A DNA stretch of 64,000 nt from NCBI GenBank assembly GCA_038212275.1, contig JBBQUR010000010.1, positions 123,432-187,431 on the forward strand, written 5' to 3'. The position numbers and the translations under genes are program-made. This stretch comes from Planctomycetota bacterium. GTDB taxonomy: Bacteria; Planctomycetota; B15-G4. Position 1 is the first letter of the stretch, and each line of letters starts with the position of its first letter. Below, one piece after another: positions 1 to 9,640 of this stretch. A model generated the notes under the pieces. The model was not told the origin of the DNA. It made no database searches and saw only the letters and a list, made by a program, of their open reading frames with translations.

Positions 1-2
1 AG

Positions 3-491
3 ACGCTCTCGGTGCAGGCCTTCGAGTCCATGCTCGGCGGCCCGATCGGCTCGCTGCATTACGGGAGCATGCAGTTCTTCCGCGCGCCGGCGCACCGGCG
101 CCTGCTCGATGACGCGGCGCTCGCCGTGCTGACCACGCCGCTGCCGCGCGTCGAGATCATCTACGCGCACGCCAACATGTGCGGCGAACTCATCGACCTC
201 ACGGTGCAGGCCGGCGCGCGCGGCCTCGTGCTGGCCGGCGTGGGCGACGGCAACGCGAGCCAGACGGCGCTCGCGGCCTTGGCCCGCGCGTCGAAGCGCG
301 GCGTGCCGGTGGTCCGCAGCACGCGCGCCGACGGCGGCGCCGTGCTCCGCAACGCCGAGGTGGACGACGACGCGCAGGGTTTCGTGGCCGCCGGCGTCCT
401 CAACCCGCAGAAGGCCCGCATCCTGCTGGCCCTCGCGCTGCGCACGACCACGGACCCGCGCGCCATCCAGGCGCTGTTCGACACGTACTGA
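3..491 (+). CDS. L-asparaginase (type II-like), C-terminal part, truncated by the window edge
   Basis: LPRVEIIYAH, GLVLAGVGDGN, VVRSTR and LNPQKARILL motifs typical of asparaginase/glutaminase C-terminal domains. Confidence 0.9.
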   Translation, partial: TLSVQAFESMLGGPIGSLHYGSMQFFRAPAHRRLLDDAALAVLTTPLPRVEIIYAHANMCGELIDLTVQAGARGLVLAGVGDGNASQTALAALARASKRGVPVVRSTRADGGAVLRNAEVDDDAQGFVAAGVLNPQKARILLALALRTTTDPRAIQALFDTY

Positions 492-512
492 GGCGGCAGG
501 AATCAGGCCGCG

Positions 513-866
513 TTGCGGGTCAGATTCAGCGCGGGGAAGTCACAGTCCTGCACGTGCCCGATTCGCGACGCAGCGCGTCTCGCATCCACCGAGGGGAAAC
601 GAGACGCGCTGCGTCTCGAATCGGGCGAGGGCACGATCCGCCACATGGGAGGTGGAGAATTGAGCTGGATCCACGACAGGCTGCTGCTGAAGGTCGAGAA
701 CCCTGCGGCTCGCAAATGGCACATGATCGAGGCCGCCGGCCAGCATTGGTCAGCCCGCCAGCTCGACCGGCAGATCGCGGTGCTCCATTGCGAGCGCCTG
801 CTGACGCTGGCGCTGCTGCGCACCCGGGATCCGGTGGCCAACCATGCGCTGTTCGACGCGTGGTGA
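513..866 (+). pseudogene. Fragment of YhcG/DUF1016 (PDDEXK nuclease) N-terminal domain
   Basis: ELSWIHDRLLLKVENPAARKWHMIEAAGQHWSARQLDRQIAVLHCERLL matches the LSWxHY...W-S-R-L-RQI...YERL signature; there is no proper N-terminus and no nuclease domain. Confidence 0.7.
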
Positions 867-890
867 GACAGAGGGGGGCCGGCGCAGGTT

Positions 891-1160
891 TCAATGGGTC
901 GAGGGTGACTCGGACTCAACACCCATCCAGGCACGAGGTGCACATTCTCGGGGTTGATGGGAGGTAGGGGAACCGGCGGCTTGAATGGTTCGGCGCGGAT
1001 CCGGACGACTTCCGTGATGAGTAGGCGTGAGCGCTCGATGGGATCGGCGACCGGGGTGTCGAACACGATGCGCAGGAGCCGCTCTTCCCGCCTCGACCAC
1101 GGGGCATCGATGGCGTTGAGCGCGCGCCATGCGGCCGCTTCGCGGGCCCCTTCAGTCACT
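891..1160 (-). pseudogene. C-terminal remnant of a PLD/SNF2-type helicase of restriction-like (DUF499/DUF1156-type) defence loci
   Basis: AIDAPWSRREERLLR...EPFKPPVPLPPINPENVHLV, then WMGVES in the adjacent frame (frameshift near 930); recalled similarity to the PLPPI..IHLICWM C-terminus of such helicases. Confidence 0.5.
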
Positions 1161-1542
1161 GCGCGTGAACGAGATCTGGGCAACGCAGGCAACTGGGGCA
1201 GAGGTGGTTTCCGCGAGTTCAATCGCTCCGCGATCCGATCCGGCGCCAAGGAGCACAGTCTCGCTTCAGAATCACGGCTTTCGTGAAAGGTCTCGATGGC
1301 GTGAATCCTCCGGCTTGCCTGGACGCTGCGAGGCCTCCGGGCGCGGCTCGGCGCCGGGCAGCAGGTGCACCCGAAGCAGGCAACTCCGCAGGACTAGCGC
1401 GCGGGTTCCCGCCAAGCCGCCGCGCCCGGCGTCGAAGGAATTGCGAATCGGTCAACGCTGCGCCAGTGCTTGGGCTTCCCGACAGCCTGGCCGCGTCAAG
1501 GAAGGTCCATCGTTCGCTCGCAGCCATCGTTATCATCCCCCC

Positions 1543-2277
1543 ATGCCAACGATCCGACACCTTTCACGCGCACCCGTCGTTGAGGCGCTGATCGACTACC
1601 GTGTCAAGGCACGCCCGGATCTGGATGTCGCCGAATTTCTTGCATGCCGCCCTAGCGTCATCTCCCGGTTTCCGAGGCATCACGAGCAGCGACGGATCGA
1701 GGCGCAGATCAACATCTCGGACGCGAAGGCGAAGGCGCCCGTGTTGGAGGATCTGGGCGTCCTCGGTCACGTATTCGTCAGCGAGGACGGGAAGACGTTC
1801 GCACAGTTTCGCGCCGATGGCTTCACGCTCAACAAGCTCCAGCCCTATTCGAGCTGGGATGAGCTGTTCCCCTTGGCCACGGAACTATGGAAACTCTATT
1901 CGACGGTGGCCCGGCCGGTGAGCGTGACGCGGGTGGCGGTTCGCACGATCAATAGAATCCGCATGCCTGTTTCAGACGTTCATTTTGAGGACTTTTTCGT
2001 TGCATCTCCCAGCATTCCTCCCGAATTGCCGCAGCATGTGAGTGGTTTTTCAAGTCAACTCACGATCCCTGATCCTGCACGGGGGGTCGCAGCGCACATC
2101 GTCCAGGTGTTGGAGCGCGGTGCAGAAGGCATCTCCGTGATTCTCGACGTGGACGCCTTCAAGGACGGTCCGATTGTCGACGCGCAGCTTCCAACCGCCT
2201 TCGCAACGCTTCGTGAATTCAAGAACCTCATCTTCTTCAGCATGGTCACTGACCGATGCCTGCGAGACTTTGACTGA
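1543..2277 (+). CDS. TIGR04255 family protein (244 aa)
   Basis: APVVEALIDYR, AQFRADGFTLNKLQPYSSWDE, RVAVRTINRI, ILDVDA and REFKNLIFFSMVT motifs; ATG at 1543 inside ORF 1129..2277. Confidence 0.8.
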   Translation: MPTIRHLSRAPVVEALIDYRVKARPDLDVAEFLACRPSVISRFPRHHEQRRIEAQINISDAKAKAPVLEDLGVLGHVFVSEDGKTFAQFRADGFTLNKLQPYSSWDELFPLATELWKLYSTVARPVSVTRVAVRTINRIRMPVSDVHFEDFFVASPSIPPELPQHVSGFSSQLTIPDPARGVAAHIVQVLERGAEGISVILDVDAFKDGPIVDAQLPTAFATLREFKNLIFFSMVTDRCLRDFD

Positions 2278-2771
2278 TGATGCTCGCTTGCCCAGCCGTC
2301 GCTCCCGCCGCACCTGACGGCACAGTCTCCTACGCGATCTACGATGAAGGTGCCGGGGTTTGGGATCCGATGGACTCCGCGATCGACCCAGGCAGAAGCG
2401 TCTCCGTGGGTGATGTGAATCGCAGAGTAGTATTCACACGGTTCGTGGCGGCGGCTGCGGCGGCTCAGCATGACAATTGGGATGCGCTTGGATCCGCCCG
2501 AGTGCAGCCAGGCTCCTTCATCTACGCGCGGCGGTTCCTGAATGCGCTTTCAAGTTCGATACCGATGCCCAGTGTTGCCGTCGAGACCGACGGCGAGATC
2601 TGCTTTGATTGGCATCTCGGTCCTCGAAGAACCGTGGCCGTTTCCGTTGGCAGGGATGGCACGCTCGGTTTTGCAAGCCTGATCGGCGACGAGAGTCTGC
2701 ACGGCATCTCTCAGTATCGGGACGGCGTCCCGACAGCTATTGCCGCACTTTTGGAACGGCTGGATGCCTGA
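2277..2771 (+). CDS. Hypothetical protein, NWD..G / P.P....DG.I.F.W family (candidate antitoxin)
   Basis: DNWDALGS...RFLNALSSSIPMPSVAVETDGEICFDW; TGATG overlap with the upstream gene. Confidence 0.75.
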   Translation: MMLACPAVAPAAPDGTVSYAIYDEGAGVWDPMDSAIDPGRSVSVGDVNRRVVFTRFVAAAAAAQHDNWDALGSARVQPGSFIYARRFLNALSSSIPMPSVAVETDGEICFDWHLGPRRTVAVSVGRDGTLGFASLIGDESLHGISQYRDGVPTAIAALLERLDA

Positions 2772-3171
2772 TTGTCCTGACATCGCGGGTGACGAGCAGC
2801 TCACTCGGTACGTGTTCCAAAGCAATCAGCTGAGCGGGGAACCTGCTCATGCGACCTATCGAGCTTTCATGCCGGACGGCAAGGACAACGAGACGTCCGT
2901 GTTTCGCACCGAAGAAATGCACATCTTGGAGATCTGGGACCTCGGTGATCGCGAAGTAGCGCCTGTGCGCGGCTTCCCCATCATCGGTCGCGCAACGACG
3001 CGACCATCCAGCATTGCGAGCGTCGCCCTGCGCGTCGAACCGGATGAGCCGCCCACGCGGCATGCGGCCATCCGTGGCTGGCCGGTTCATGTTGACCCTA
3101 CCGCGAAGAAGACCGCAGCCAAGGCGATAGCGATGCGCTTGGCGGCACTCTCTGAGGCTGAAAGGCGCTAG
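2764..3171 (+). CDS. Hypothetical protein with ADP-ribosyltransferase/RES-like R-S-H pattern (candidate toxin)
   Basis: DEQLTRYV...AFMP...ETSVFR...GRA...DEPPTRHAAIRGWP; ATG at 2764 overlaps the upstream stop by 8 nt; fold assignment is inference. Confidence 0.65.
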   Translation: MPDCPDIAGDEQLTRYVFQSNQLSGEPAHATYRAFMPDGKDNETSVFRTEEMHILEIWDLGDREVAPVRGFPIIGRATTRPSSIASVALRVEPDEPPTRHAAIRGWPVHVDPTAKKTAAKAIAMRLAALSEAERR

Positions 3172-3206
3172 TTCGTTCGTGGCCTCGCACGCGGTGCGCT
3201 TGATGG

Positions 3207-3722
3207 TCAGCCAGTGCGACGCTTCCAGTCGCGGACGTACTTCAGTGTCGCGCGCAGTCGGGCCTAATGGTCCCAGCCTTCATGGAAGGTCTCGAAGAGG
3301 TGGATAAGCTGCGGCTCGCTCAGGCCGTAGAGGTGCGCGACGACGGCGTCGAGTTCATGGATGTGGTCTGCCTGCGTGTCTGGAGCGAGCGGACCGCAGG
3401 CGACGCAGACCTACTCGGCCCACGACGCGAATCGATCGTCGGGGCAGGCCGGCTTGGCGTTGAGGGCCACCACGCGCGCGGCATCTGGATCGCGCGGGTC
3501 AGGCCGCGGCACGGGCATCGGATTGAAGATGAAGTAGTTGAGCTTGATCTCGACAAAGCGGCGCGAGTCCCAGTCCAGCGGGAGCGAAGCCTGCACTCCA
3601 AGCAGGAAGGCCTGATCCTTGACGGTGCCTCGGGGCCAGGGGAGGAACGGACCCTTGTTCGTGATGAACACGTTTGGCGTCACGAGTGCCGTGATCACCG
3701 TGCGCGAGTTTGTTCGATCCGC
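3207..3722 (-). pseudogene. C-terminal remnant of a type IIG/Eco57I-like restriction-modification methyltransferase
   Basis: One frame reads RTNSRTVITALVTPNVFITNKGPFLPWPRG...FLLGVQASLPLDW.SRRFVE...DDRFASWAE*...IHELDAVVAHLYGLSEPQLIHLFETFHEGWDH*ARL, with two internal TAG stops and no N-terminus. Confidence 0.75.
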
Positions 3723-3899
3723 CTATAGACCGGGTCGCAAGTCGCCCGGGTTCGCGCGAATCGCCAGCCCACTCACTCGTGGCCTTCGCCCGCGCAGGGC
3801 GCGCGCGCACTGCCCTTCGTCCTGAGGATCCTGAGCCTTTCGGGCACGGCCCGGAGTACAACGTCGACGTCGGCGAGCAGCTTCGGGAGGGACAAGGGC

Positions 3900-6878
3900 A
3901 TGGGCAGGCAACGCAGCGTGGTGCGACTGGCGATCGCGTCGTTCCTCGTGCTGCCCGTGCTCGCGGCCGGCGCGCCCGCGCAACACGCGCACGGCGCCCC
4001 GGACGCGCCCGTGCCGCTGGTGGCCGCACCGGGCGAGGGGCCGCGCGCGCTGGACGGAGTCGCGCAGCGGCCGGAGGGGCTTGTCGACTGGCGCGTCACG
4101 GGGCGCGTGGTGTCGGCGGCGGGCGAGCCGGTGGCTGGCGCGGAGGTCGCTTTCGTCCCGGGCTTTGAGCAGCTTGTCGTGCGCAGGCAGTGGACGAGGG
4201 GCGATGCGGCGGATCACCTGCGCTTGATCGAGTCCCTGGTGCGGACGCGCACCGGGAGCGACGGCCGCTTCGTGCTGCTGGCGCGCCACCCGCTCGTGAG
4301 TGATGCCTACGCTTCCTATCAGTTACGGGGCGAAAGCGCGCTGCGCAACAGTGACCGCCTGGCCGACTGGAGTTTCCTGCTGCCGCAGAGGAGCCTGGCT
4401 TTTCACCCGCAGGTGTTCGTCGCCGCGCGCGGCCACGGCGCCACCGCACGCTTTGCCTCGCTGTGGCAGGGAGAGGCCGACGTCGGCGAGATTCGCCTCG
4501 AGCCGGCGTTCGAGGTGAAGGGTCGGCTGGTGGACGAGAACGGCGCGGGTCTCGCCGGCGCCACGGTGCTGACGCGCTTCATCGCGCCGGCACGGGACAA
4601 GCAGCCTGATGCGGTGCGCCGCTTTTCCGGAAGCGGGCTGGCCTCGCACCTGCAGGCGCGCACCGGAGCCGACGGAAGCTTCACGCTGGAGGGGCTGCCG
4701 CCCGGCAAGCCGAAGTGCGAGGCCGTCACGGCGCAGGGCGTCGCGCTCCGCGTGGACGTGCGCGACGGCGTGCGCACCGCCTCCGGGGTTGAGCAAGTGC
4801 TGCTTGTCGGCACGCGCGACTCGTGGCGCCTCGCGGGCAGCGTGGTCGGCCCCGACGGCGCTGCGATGGCCGGAGTTCACGTGCGCCTCGGTGCACTCGA
4901 CGACGCCACGGGTTTCGTGGACCACGACTGGCTGCTCTCCGGGCCGGATGGGTCGATTCCGGATCCGGTCGGCGCGAACGAGATGCTGACGGATGGCAAC
5001 GGTCGCTTCACCTTCGACGTGCCTCGCGAAAGAAGGGGCGCGGCGAGACTTCAGGTGAGCGCTCTTGCGGCCGGTCACGCACCGGTCGTGTATTCATACA
5101 TCGAACCGGACTCCGGCGACCTGACCCTTCAGTTCGCGCCGCCGGCTGGCCTGCTGCTCGTGGTGCGTGACAAGGACAGCGGGCAGGCGCTGCAGGCGCT
5201 CGCCGGGCAGGCCATGCTCTTCGGCCCGTCCGATGAAGGTGCGGCCGTGAGCCCCACCGTCGTGCTGGTCGGCCCGGCGGCGCTCCACGCGGCGAGCGCC
5301 TTCGGCATTCAGGGGACACCTGGCGATATCGACCCGGCGGCCTGCCTGCTGGTGGTCGGCATCGTGGGCGCGGAAACCGCGGTGCAGGTGCAGGCCGTGG
5401 GCGGCGGCACGCGCGTGTTCAGGTTCCCCGCACTTGAGAAGCATGGCGCGTTGCAGCACGTGGACCTGCCGGCCGGTTACACGCTGCACGCGTGGGTGAG
5501 CGACGGCATCCGCACCGCCGTGCCGGGAGCCCGACTCACGCTGGAGATGGACTGGGGCTACCCGCGCGCCGTGCTCTCGGGCTGGACCGACACCGACGGC
5601 AGGCTGCACCTGCACGACGTGTACTCGACACGGCACATGGTCTCCATCAGCGCGCCGGGCCACGTCCCGGTGAGGGGCTTCGAACTGTGGATGACCCCGA
5701 AGATCGGCACCTTCACCTTTCCCACTCCGGCCACCGGCGCGATCGCAGGGCGCGTGCACCTGCCGGAGGGCGTCAGCCCGTCGGGCGTTGTGGTGCAACT
5801 CAACTGGCAGAGCCCCGGGCCCGATACCTGGGGGCCGTGGTACGTCGAGCCTGACCACGTCGTGGTCCTTGCCGGCGACGACGGCCGCTTCCTGGCGACA
5901 GGCCTGCCGCACGGCAAGTGGACGGCCACCACCGACGCGGGTGGTTCCGCGGAGACTTCCATCGCATGGGGCGAGCTCGGCAGCATGGATTTGCGCGTGG
6001 CCGAGCCGTCGCTGCTGCGCATCCGTCTCGCCGACGCCGACGGCCAGCCGCTCGAGGGCATTTTCTACGCCCTCGACGCCGTGACGAAGGACGTCGTGCT
6101 CGACGCGCGGACTCGCGCGCCGGCCTACGGCTTTGTCCAAGGCGATGCCAGCGTCGAGGTCCGGCTCAAGGCTTCAGCCCGCTGCGTCATCCGCGCCATG
6201 TTGCCGAGCGGCGTGGTGTACGACACAGAGCCTTTCGCGCTCGAACCGGGCGAAGAGCGCGAGCTCGTGGTGCGCGTGCCCGACCTCGGCGGGCTCGAGG
6301 TGCGCTTCATCGGCGAGGACGGCCTGCCCTGCCCCGCAGCCGGCCTGCTGTTCGACGGCCGGGCTCTGACGGCCACCTCGCGCCGCGGAGACATCAGCTG
6401 CTACGCGGGCCTGCCCTCCGGCGTGCACGTGCTGCAGGCCGTGAGTGTGGCCGGAAACGAGCATGCCGAGATCGCGGTGAAGTCCGGGGTGGGCCTCGGG
6501 CGCGAGCTCGACGTTTCGGTGCCCGCGCGCGGCGTGGCTCGCGACGTGGTGCTCGTTGCGCCGCGGCCCGCGCGCGTGACGGTGCGCTGGGATCGGGACC
6601 TGTCCGAGTTCGAGTCCGTGTGGGTCAAGGTCGGCCCCACGAACGCTCGCGTCAGCGAATCCGACGACGACCCGAACCGCGCGGACGGCGAGCCGGCCAT
6701 CCGGTCGATCACGGTCGATGTCCTGCCGGGCGAGTACGAGATCCGGGTGGAGCTGTCTGCTCCGGGGCCCGAGGGGATCAGGGAGCATAGCGTCGTCATC
6801 AAGCCCCTCGAGCTGACCACGCTGCAGGTCCGGCTCGCCAGCGGCGAGGAGCACGTGATCGAGCAGCACCTGCCCTGA
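3900..6878 (+). CDS. Secreted carboxypeptidase-regulatory-like (beta-sandwich repeat) domain protein
   Basis: Signal peptide; repeated G.V....G.P..GA.V and T..DG.F motifs; 992-aa ORF (start may be GTG near 3918). Confidence 0.8.
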   Translation: MGRQRSVVRLAIASFLVLPVLAAGAPAQHAHGAPDAPVPLVAAPGEGPRALDGVAQRPEGLVDWRVTGRVVSAAGEPVAGAEVAFVPGFEQLVVRRQWTRGDAADHLRLIESLVRTRTGSDGRFVLLARHPLVSDAYASYQLRGESALRNSDRLADWSFLLPQRSLAFHPQVFVAARGHGATARFASLWQGEADVGEIRLEPAFEVKGRLVDENGAGLAGATVLTRFIAPARDKQPDAVRRFSGSGLASHLQARTGADGSFTLEGLPPGKPKCEAVTAQGVALRVDVRDGVRTASGVEQVLLVGTRDSWRLAGSVVGPDGAAMAGVHVRLGALDDATGFVDHDWLLSGPDGSIPDPVGANEMLTDGNGRFTFDVPRERRGAARLQVSALAAGHAPVVYSYIEPDSGDLTLQFAPPAGLLLVVRDKDSGQALQALAGQAMLFGPSDEGAAVSPTVVLVGPAALHAASAFGIQGTPGDIDPAACLLVVGIVGAETAVQVQAVGGGTRVFRFPALEKHGALQHVDLPAGYTLHAWVSDGIRTAVPGARLTLEMDWGYPRAVLSGWTDTDGRLHLHDVYSTRHMVSISAPGHVPVRGFELWMTPKIGTFTFPTPATGAIAGRVHLPEGVSPSGVVVQLNWQSPGPDTWGPWYVEPDHVVVLAGDDGRFLATGLPHGKWTATTDAGGSAETSIAWGELGSMDLRVAEPSLLRIRLADADGQPLEGIFYALDAVTKDVVLDARTRAPAYGFVQGDASVEVRLKASARCVIRAMLPSGVVYDTEPFALEPGEERELVVRVPDLGGLEVRFIGEDGLPCPAAGLLFDGRALTATSRRGDISCYAGLPSGVHVLQAVSVAGNEHAEIAVKSGVGLGRELDVSVPARGVARDVVLVAPRPARVTVRWDRDLSEFESVWVKVGPTNARVSESDDDPNRADGEPAIRSITVDVLPGEYEIRVELSAPGPEGIREHSVVIKPLELTTLQVRLASGEEHVIEQHLP

Positions 6879-6983
6879 GCGAGCTGCCCGGTGGGCAGCG
6901 CCGCAGGCCTCCGGTGCTAGACTCCGCGCCTTCCACGTCGCGCCCCGGACCGGGCGCCCCCAACTTGCGCAGGACTGCCCGAC

Positions 6984-8156
6984 ATGAGCGCCTACCGCGG
7001 ACTCGACTACATGCACCTCGACGAACTCCTCACCGAGGAGGAAATCATGGTGCGCGACACGACGCGCAGCTTCGTCACCGAACACGTCATGCCGATCATC
7101 GGCGACGCGTACGACAAGGCCGAGTTTCCGCGGCATCTCGTCGCGATGGTGGGCGAGCTGGGCCTGCTCGGGCCGACGCTTCCCGAGGAATACGGCTGCG
7201 CGGGCATGGGTTCCGTGGCCTACGGCCTCATCTGCCAGGAGCTCGAGCGCGGCGATTCGGGCCTGCGCTCGTTCGTGTCGGTGCAGGGCTCGCTCGTGAT
7301 GTATCCGATCTTCACCTACGGCACCGAGGAGCAGAAGCGCCGCTGGCTGCCCGAGATGGCGAAGGGCAGCAAGATCGGCTGCTTCGGCCTCACGGAGCCG
7401 GACCACGGCAGCGACCCGGGCGGCATGGTCACGCGCGCCGTCAAGGATGGCAACGAGTGGGTCATCAACGGCGCCAAGATGTGGATCACCAACGGCACCG
7501 TCGCGGACGTGGCGCTGGTGTGGGCCAAGACCGACGACGGCATCCAGGGCTTCCTCGTCGAAAAGGGCACCAAGGGCTTCTCCGCGCCGGAGCAGAAGCG
7601 CAAGTTCAGCCTGCGCGCGAGCGTGACCTCCGAGCTGGTGCTCGATCACGTGCGCGTGCCGGACAGTGCGCGGCTTCCCGGCGTGAAGGGGCTCAAGGGG
7701 CCGCTGTCGTGCCTGACCCAGGCGCGCTTCGGCATCGCGTGGGGCGCCATCGGCGCGGCGCAGGCCTGCTACGACGAGGCGCTGCAGTACACCAAGGGGC
7801 GCGAGCAGTTCGGCCGGCCGCTGGCGGGCTTCCAGCTCGTGCAGGCCAAGCTGGCGCACATGGTCACGCAGATCACGGCGGCCCAGCTCATCGCGTGGCG
7901 GCTCGGTCGGTTGAAGGAAGCCGGCAAGATGCGGCCGCAGCACGTCAGCCTTGCCAAGCGCAACAACGTCGCGCGCGCGCTCGAGATCGCGCGCATGGCG
8001 CGTGACATGCTTGGCGCCAACGGCATCACGGCCGAGTACCAGTGCATGCGCCACATGTGCAACCTCGAGTCGGTGTACACCTACGAGGGCACGAACGACA
8101 TCCACACGCTCGTTCTGGGCGAAGACGTGACCGGACTGCCTGCATACGCGGGCTGA
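6984..8156 (+). CDS. gcdH: Acyl-CoA dehydrogenase, glutaryl-CoA dehydrogenase-like
   Basis: ELERGDSGLRSFVSVQ, GCFGLTEPDHGSDP, NGAKMWITNG, LGANGI and YTYEGT motifs. Confidence 0.85.
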   Translation: MSAYRGLDYMHLDELLTEEEIMVRDTTRSFVTEHVMPIIGDAYDKAEFPRHLVAMVGELGLLGPTLPEEYGCAGMGSVAYGLICQELERGDSGLRSFVSVQGSLVMYPIFTYGTEEQKRRWLPEMAKGSKIGCFGLTEPDHGSDPGGMVTRAVKDGNEWVINGAKMWITNGTVADVALVWAKTDDGIQGFLVEKGTKGFSAPEQKRKFSLRASVTSELVLDHVRVPDSARLPGVKGLKGPLSCLTQARFGIAWGAIGAAQACYDEALQYTKGREQFGRPLAGFQLVQAKLAHMVTQITAAQLIAWRLGRLKEAGKMRPQHVSLAKRNNVARALEIARMARDMLGANGITAEYQCMRHMCNLESVYTYEGTNDIHTLVLGEDVTGLPAYAG

Positions 8157-8182
8157 AGTCCACCGACGGGAGGGGGCAGGGC

Positions 8183-9598
8183 GTGAGCGAATCATCGGGA
8201 CGGGGCGGCCTGTGGGTCGCGGTGCTCATCGTCTTGGGCGTGCTCGGCATCGCGGCGTGGATCACGCTGGGCGGCGGGACGACCGCGCCCGACACGGCGA
8301 CAGGCGGCCACACGATCACCAAGCCCGCGCCGGGCGAGCCCGCTCAACCGCCGAATATCCGGGCGACGGAGCTGCCGCCGGTCACGCCCCTCACTCCGTC
8401 GACCCAGCCCGCCGCGCGGCCGACCGCCGTCACGCCTGCCACCGCGGGCGCGCCGCTGCCCGCCGGTTCGCATGTCGTCGCGCGCGGCCACGTCCGCTGG
8501 GCCGGCGGCTCGGTGCCCTTCGAGAGCGACGTGAAGCTCATGGACCTTGAGGGCTCCGACGTCGACATCGCCTACACCGACGCCGACGGCGCCTTCGAGC
8601 TGAGCAGCGACGAGCCGCTTGCGGCGGGCTGGAGCTTCGGCACGGATGTCATCGAGCTCAAGGGCAAGGGAGGCTCGCTGGCTCCGGCGATCGTGTCGGA
8701 CCTGCCGGCACACGCGGTGGGCGAGCCGCCCGTGGAGCGCGACCTGATCATCGGCTTCGCGCCGGTGCTCACCGGCCGCGTGGTGGACAAGCTCACGCTG
8801 CGCCCGATCGCCGGCGCGGAAGTGCACGTCTCGTCCACGCTCGCGGCCTGGTCCTACGACGGCGTCGACGAGCTGACCGACGAAGACGGCCGCTACGTGC
8901 TTCCCATCGAAGATCTGCCGCTCACGGGGATGCTCGTCTGGTGCCGCGCCGACGACTATCAGGCCAGCCTGGTCGGTCCGCTGGACATGCAGCCGGTCGC
9001 GTCGCCCACGGACGTCGTGACGCAGGACTTCGCGCTGTCGGGAGCCGTGGTGATGAAGGGCCGCGTCACGGATCGTCGCACCGGCGAACCGATCGACGGC
9101 GCGACCATCACCGTCGGCAGCCGTTTCGAGGCCTTCCTGGACGCCAACGACTTCGACATCACCGGCGAGTCGGGCGAGTTCGAGCTGGAAGCCTCGGAGA
9201 TCCCCTTCGAAGGCGGATGGATCGTGGTCAGTGCGAGCGACTGCGAGGCGAAGCTCGTGCCTCTGGAGCGCGGCGTCTCCTTCCTCGAGGTGGCGCTGGG
9301 CGAAGCCTTCGTCGTGGCAGGCGTCGTCCAGGATGTCGCGGGCCGTGGCGTGCCGCGCGCGCGCGTGGAGTTCGTGTTTGACGGCGACACGCCGGCCGCC
9401 GACCAGGACATGCTGGATCAGGCGGACTGCGATGCGGATGGCCGTTTCGAGGTTACGCTCGAGCAGGTGCCCGACCAGAATGTGATCGTGCACGTGGATC
9501 AGCTCGGCAAGCAGCCCTTCCGCGGCCGGCTCACCGAGATCGGCCGCCTGCTCAACGGCAATCGCTGGGAGCTCGACATCCGCCTGACCGACGAGTGA
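8183..9598 (+). CDS. Membrane-anchored carboxypeptidase-regulatory-like domain protein
   Basis: GTG at 8183, N-terminal TM helix, Pro-rich linker, repeated GRV.D..T..PI.GA motifs. Confidence 0.75.
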   Translation: MSESSGRGGLWVAVLIVLGVLGIAAWITLGGGTTAPDTATGGHTITKPAPGEPAQPPNIRATELPPVTPLTPSTQPAARPTAVTPATAGAPLPAGSHVVARGHVRWAGGSVPFESDVKLMDLEGSDVDIAYTDADGAFELSSDEPLAAGWSFGTDVIELKGKGGSLAPAIVSDLPAHAVGEPPVERDLIIGFAPVLTGRVVDKLTLRPIAGAEVHVSSTLAAWSYDGVDELTDEDGRYVLPIEDLPLTGMLVWCRADDYQASLVGPLDMQPVASPTDVVTQDFALSGAVVMKGRVTDRRTGEPIDGATITVGSRFEAFLDANDFDITGESGEFELEASEIPFEGGWIVVSASDCEAKLVPLERGVSFLEVALGEAFVVAGVVQDVAGRGVPRARVEFVFDGDTPAADQDMLDQADCDADGRFEVTLEQVPDQNVIVHVDQLGKQPFRGRLTEIGRLLNGNRWELDIRLTDE

Positions 9599-9640
9599 AG
9601 CGCTCGCGGTGCGCCGCGCCCTGCAGCCGCGGCGGGCGGA

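Noticed and set aside
1129..1542. N-terminal extension of the TIGR04255 ORF
   Set aside because: Arg/Ser-rich, non-protein-like sequence overlapping a pseudogene; family similarity starts at ATG 1543
3207..3722. Amber read-through (recoding) of the two TAG codons in the methyltransferase frame
   Set aside because: The gene also lacks its N-terminal part and has substitutions at conserved positions, and TAG ends intact genes nearby; simple decay explains it
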